Shown piece by piece: positions 62,160-64,000 of a DNA stretch of 64,000 nucleotides. Source of the DNA: Octopus sinensis (taxonomy: Eukaryota); the NCBI RefSeq assembly GCF_006345805.1, contig NC_043005.1:4402001-4466000 (forward strand), in the 5' to 3' direction. The first letter of the stretch is position 1. Each line of letters opens with the position of its first letter. Position numbers and translations under genes: made by a program. The notes beneath the pieces are model-generated. The model was not told the DNA's origin and ran no database searches. It saw nothing but the letters and a program-made list of their open reading frames with translations.

Positions 62160-63579
62160 GTAAGGCCAACCTTTCGCTTCCTAAAACTTCTAACTTTTGC
62201 TCTTTCGACTGCTGCTGCTGCTACTGCTGCTGCTGATTTCTTTTCTCACTGTTGAAGAAATAAGTACAAGCATTGCTGTATGCTTCAATTTGCTTCCCAA
62301 CCACAGGGTTTTGAGTTCAGTCTCACTTCTTGGCACCGTGGGCCAACCAAAGCATTGTGAGATGGAAACTAAAAGAAGCCTGTTGTGTGTGTTTGGATCT
62401 CCTTGTCTTGACATGTGTGATAGTTCTAAATGAGTGTAGCCATTTAGAACAAGCAGTGGTTTTTGTTACCAGTCTTCTGTGAACGCATGTTCAGTCATGG
62501 GGAAGTATTACTTTGCTTGGAAATAGGTGAGAGTTGCTAACAGGAAAGGCATCATCCGTCCAGCTGTAGAAAATCTTCCTCAATGAATTTTATCTGAACC
62601 ATGGAAGCATGAAAAAATGGATGTTAAATCAATGATGATAAAGGAAATACTGGCTGTGTATTTTATTAGCAAAACAGCCATGAAAGATTAAATCATACTC
62701 TTCATTATCATCATATTATGTCCACATTCTATGCTGAGATAGGTTGGACTGTTTAACCAGATCTGATGAGTCTGAGGTCTGTATCATTCTCCAATATCTA
62801 TTTTGGCATAATTCCCATGGTCGGATATACTTCCTAATGCCAACCACTTTACAGAATGTAGAATTTTTTTTTTTTTTGTGGCAACACCAGTACAATAGAG
62901 GTTGCTTTGCCCTCAGCAAAACTAAAAAGCTCTCTCAAACCTGGTGTTGCCACTACACAATTCAATTTACAAACCACTTACAAATAATGCTGGATGAATA
63001 TTTTTCTTGTGGCACCAGCATCAGTGGGATTACCAAATACCTTGCAAGACAAAAGAGAGAGCCAACTCCTGTGACTGAAAGGATAGACATTAAAGTATGA
63101 GAATGGAAGAAAGATTTGTTGTGGTGAGATGATGATAATGAGGGGAGTATCAGAGGAAACATTGGCTGTGTATTTTATTAACAAAACAGCCTTGAAAGAA
63201 TTAAACCATACTCACCACCATTTTATGTCTGCCTTCTGTCCTGACAAAATCTGGACAATTTGAAAGGATCCAACAAATCAGAGGACCCATGCTCCAGTGT
63301 CTCAGTTTTGGCATGGTTTCTATGGTTGAATACCTTTTCTGATGCCAACCATTTTACAGAGCATCCTAGGTGTTTATTTTATATAATTTTTTTCATGGCA
63401 TCAGCACTATGGAAGTCAAGTGGAAAGGTTAAAGAATATCCTTGACCGAAAGAAGAATATGAAAGAGAGTGATGAGACCGGGTCAGATGTAATAAACAAA
63501 TAATTATTGCCTTTGGTATGAAATCTTTTGAAGCCTTGATTATATTCTAACAATATCTTTGGTTTTCTGTGATTTTCAG

Positions 63580-63735
63580 AATAAACTGGAGGAAGCGGTT
63601 GGTCATGCCAGTACATTCCATGATGATTTACACAAATTTATTGGTTGGTTGACTGATACTGAGAAAGAACTGAACAATCTTCAACCCGTTAGCAGAATTT
63701 TGGAGAAGATTACTGCACAAATTGAAGACCATAAA
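63580..63735 (+). CDS. MACF1: Exon w40 (NKLEEAVGHASTF...IEDHK), phase 0/0
   Basis: TTTTCAG acceptor, AAA|GTAAGA donor, 156 nt. Confidence 0.93.
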
Positions 63736-63860
63736 GTAAGATGGCAAATAATGTTGCTGTGTTTTTTGTTTTTTATTACATTGAAATAGAAGTGAAGCCA
63801 GTTCTAAATTAATTTAGTTCACCCCCGCTAAATATAACAGCTATATGTACCTCAGATGAT

Positions 63861-63892
63861 ACACGCACGCACGCACGCGCGCGCGCGCGCGC
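63861..63892. repeat. (ACGC)n(GC)n alternating purine-pyrimidine microsatellite
   Basis: ACACGCACGCACGCACGCGCGCGCGCGCGCGC. Confidence 0.9.
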
Positions 63893-64000
63893 GAATGAAT
63901 TATCCTTTGTTTACCGTTAACATGGAAAATTCAATAAAGTTACCAGGGTAGCAAAATTCACGCAAGTAACACAGATGAAGCGACCTATTCAAAGGTAGAA

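Larger units (their letters stand above)
1682..63735 (+). other. MACF1: Spectraplakin gene (MACF1/dystonin/short stop orthologue), internal part: 40 exons encoding the spectrin-repeat rod; gene extends beyond both window ends
   Basis: 40 AG/GT-bounded exons with compatible phases join into one 2759-aa open frame of ~109-aa helical repeats with conserved Trp. Peptides SFSNDIIAHQADLRF, LDDALLHSGKF, EPISAHPDKLKEQI, LCGEPDKPEVKKNIDDL and PVGGLPDTAKDQL are characteristic of MACF1/DST/Shot (recalled, not searched). Confidence 0.92.

Overview
Eukaryotic, AT-rich, microsatellite-rich animal DNA. The repeat families look like those of a coleoid cephalopod such as Octopus (inference from recall, not a search). 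The whole window lies inside one + strand spectraplakin gene (MACF1/dystonin/Drosophila shot family). I could place 40 GT-AG exons (1682-63735) that splice into one uninterrupted frame of 8277 nt (2759 aa) of spectrin-repeat rod; the start and stop codons lie outside the window. The introns hold tRNA-derived SINEs, RTE-tailed composite repeats, piggyBac-like and hAT-like MITEs, a Helitron-like element, mariner, RTE and R4/Dong fragments, and minisatellites. There is also a very young full-length antisense Ty3/Gypsy LTR retrotransposon (54763-59786, TAGG target duplication) whose six pol frameshifts all look like homopolymer sequencing errors. Most notable observations: (1) a perfect 77-bp foldback hairpin with a template-switch signature; (2) an inverted SINE pair bracketing exactly two spectrin repeats (654 nt, phase 0), a candidate for in-frame skipping or a stop-free circRNA; (3) R4/Dong retrotransposon tails and (ATT)/(AAT) microsatellites abutting splice acceptors; (4) a palindromic ETS/NRF1 cassette in the LTR; (5) a 43-bp array in which each unit carries splice-site motifs. 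No prokaryote-type system such as CRISPR is supported.
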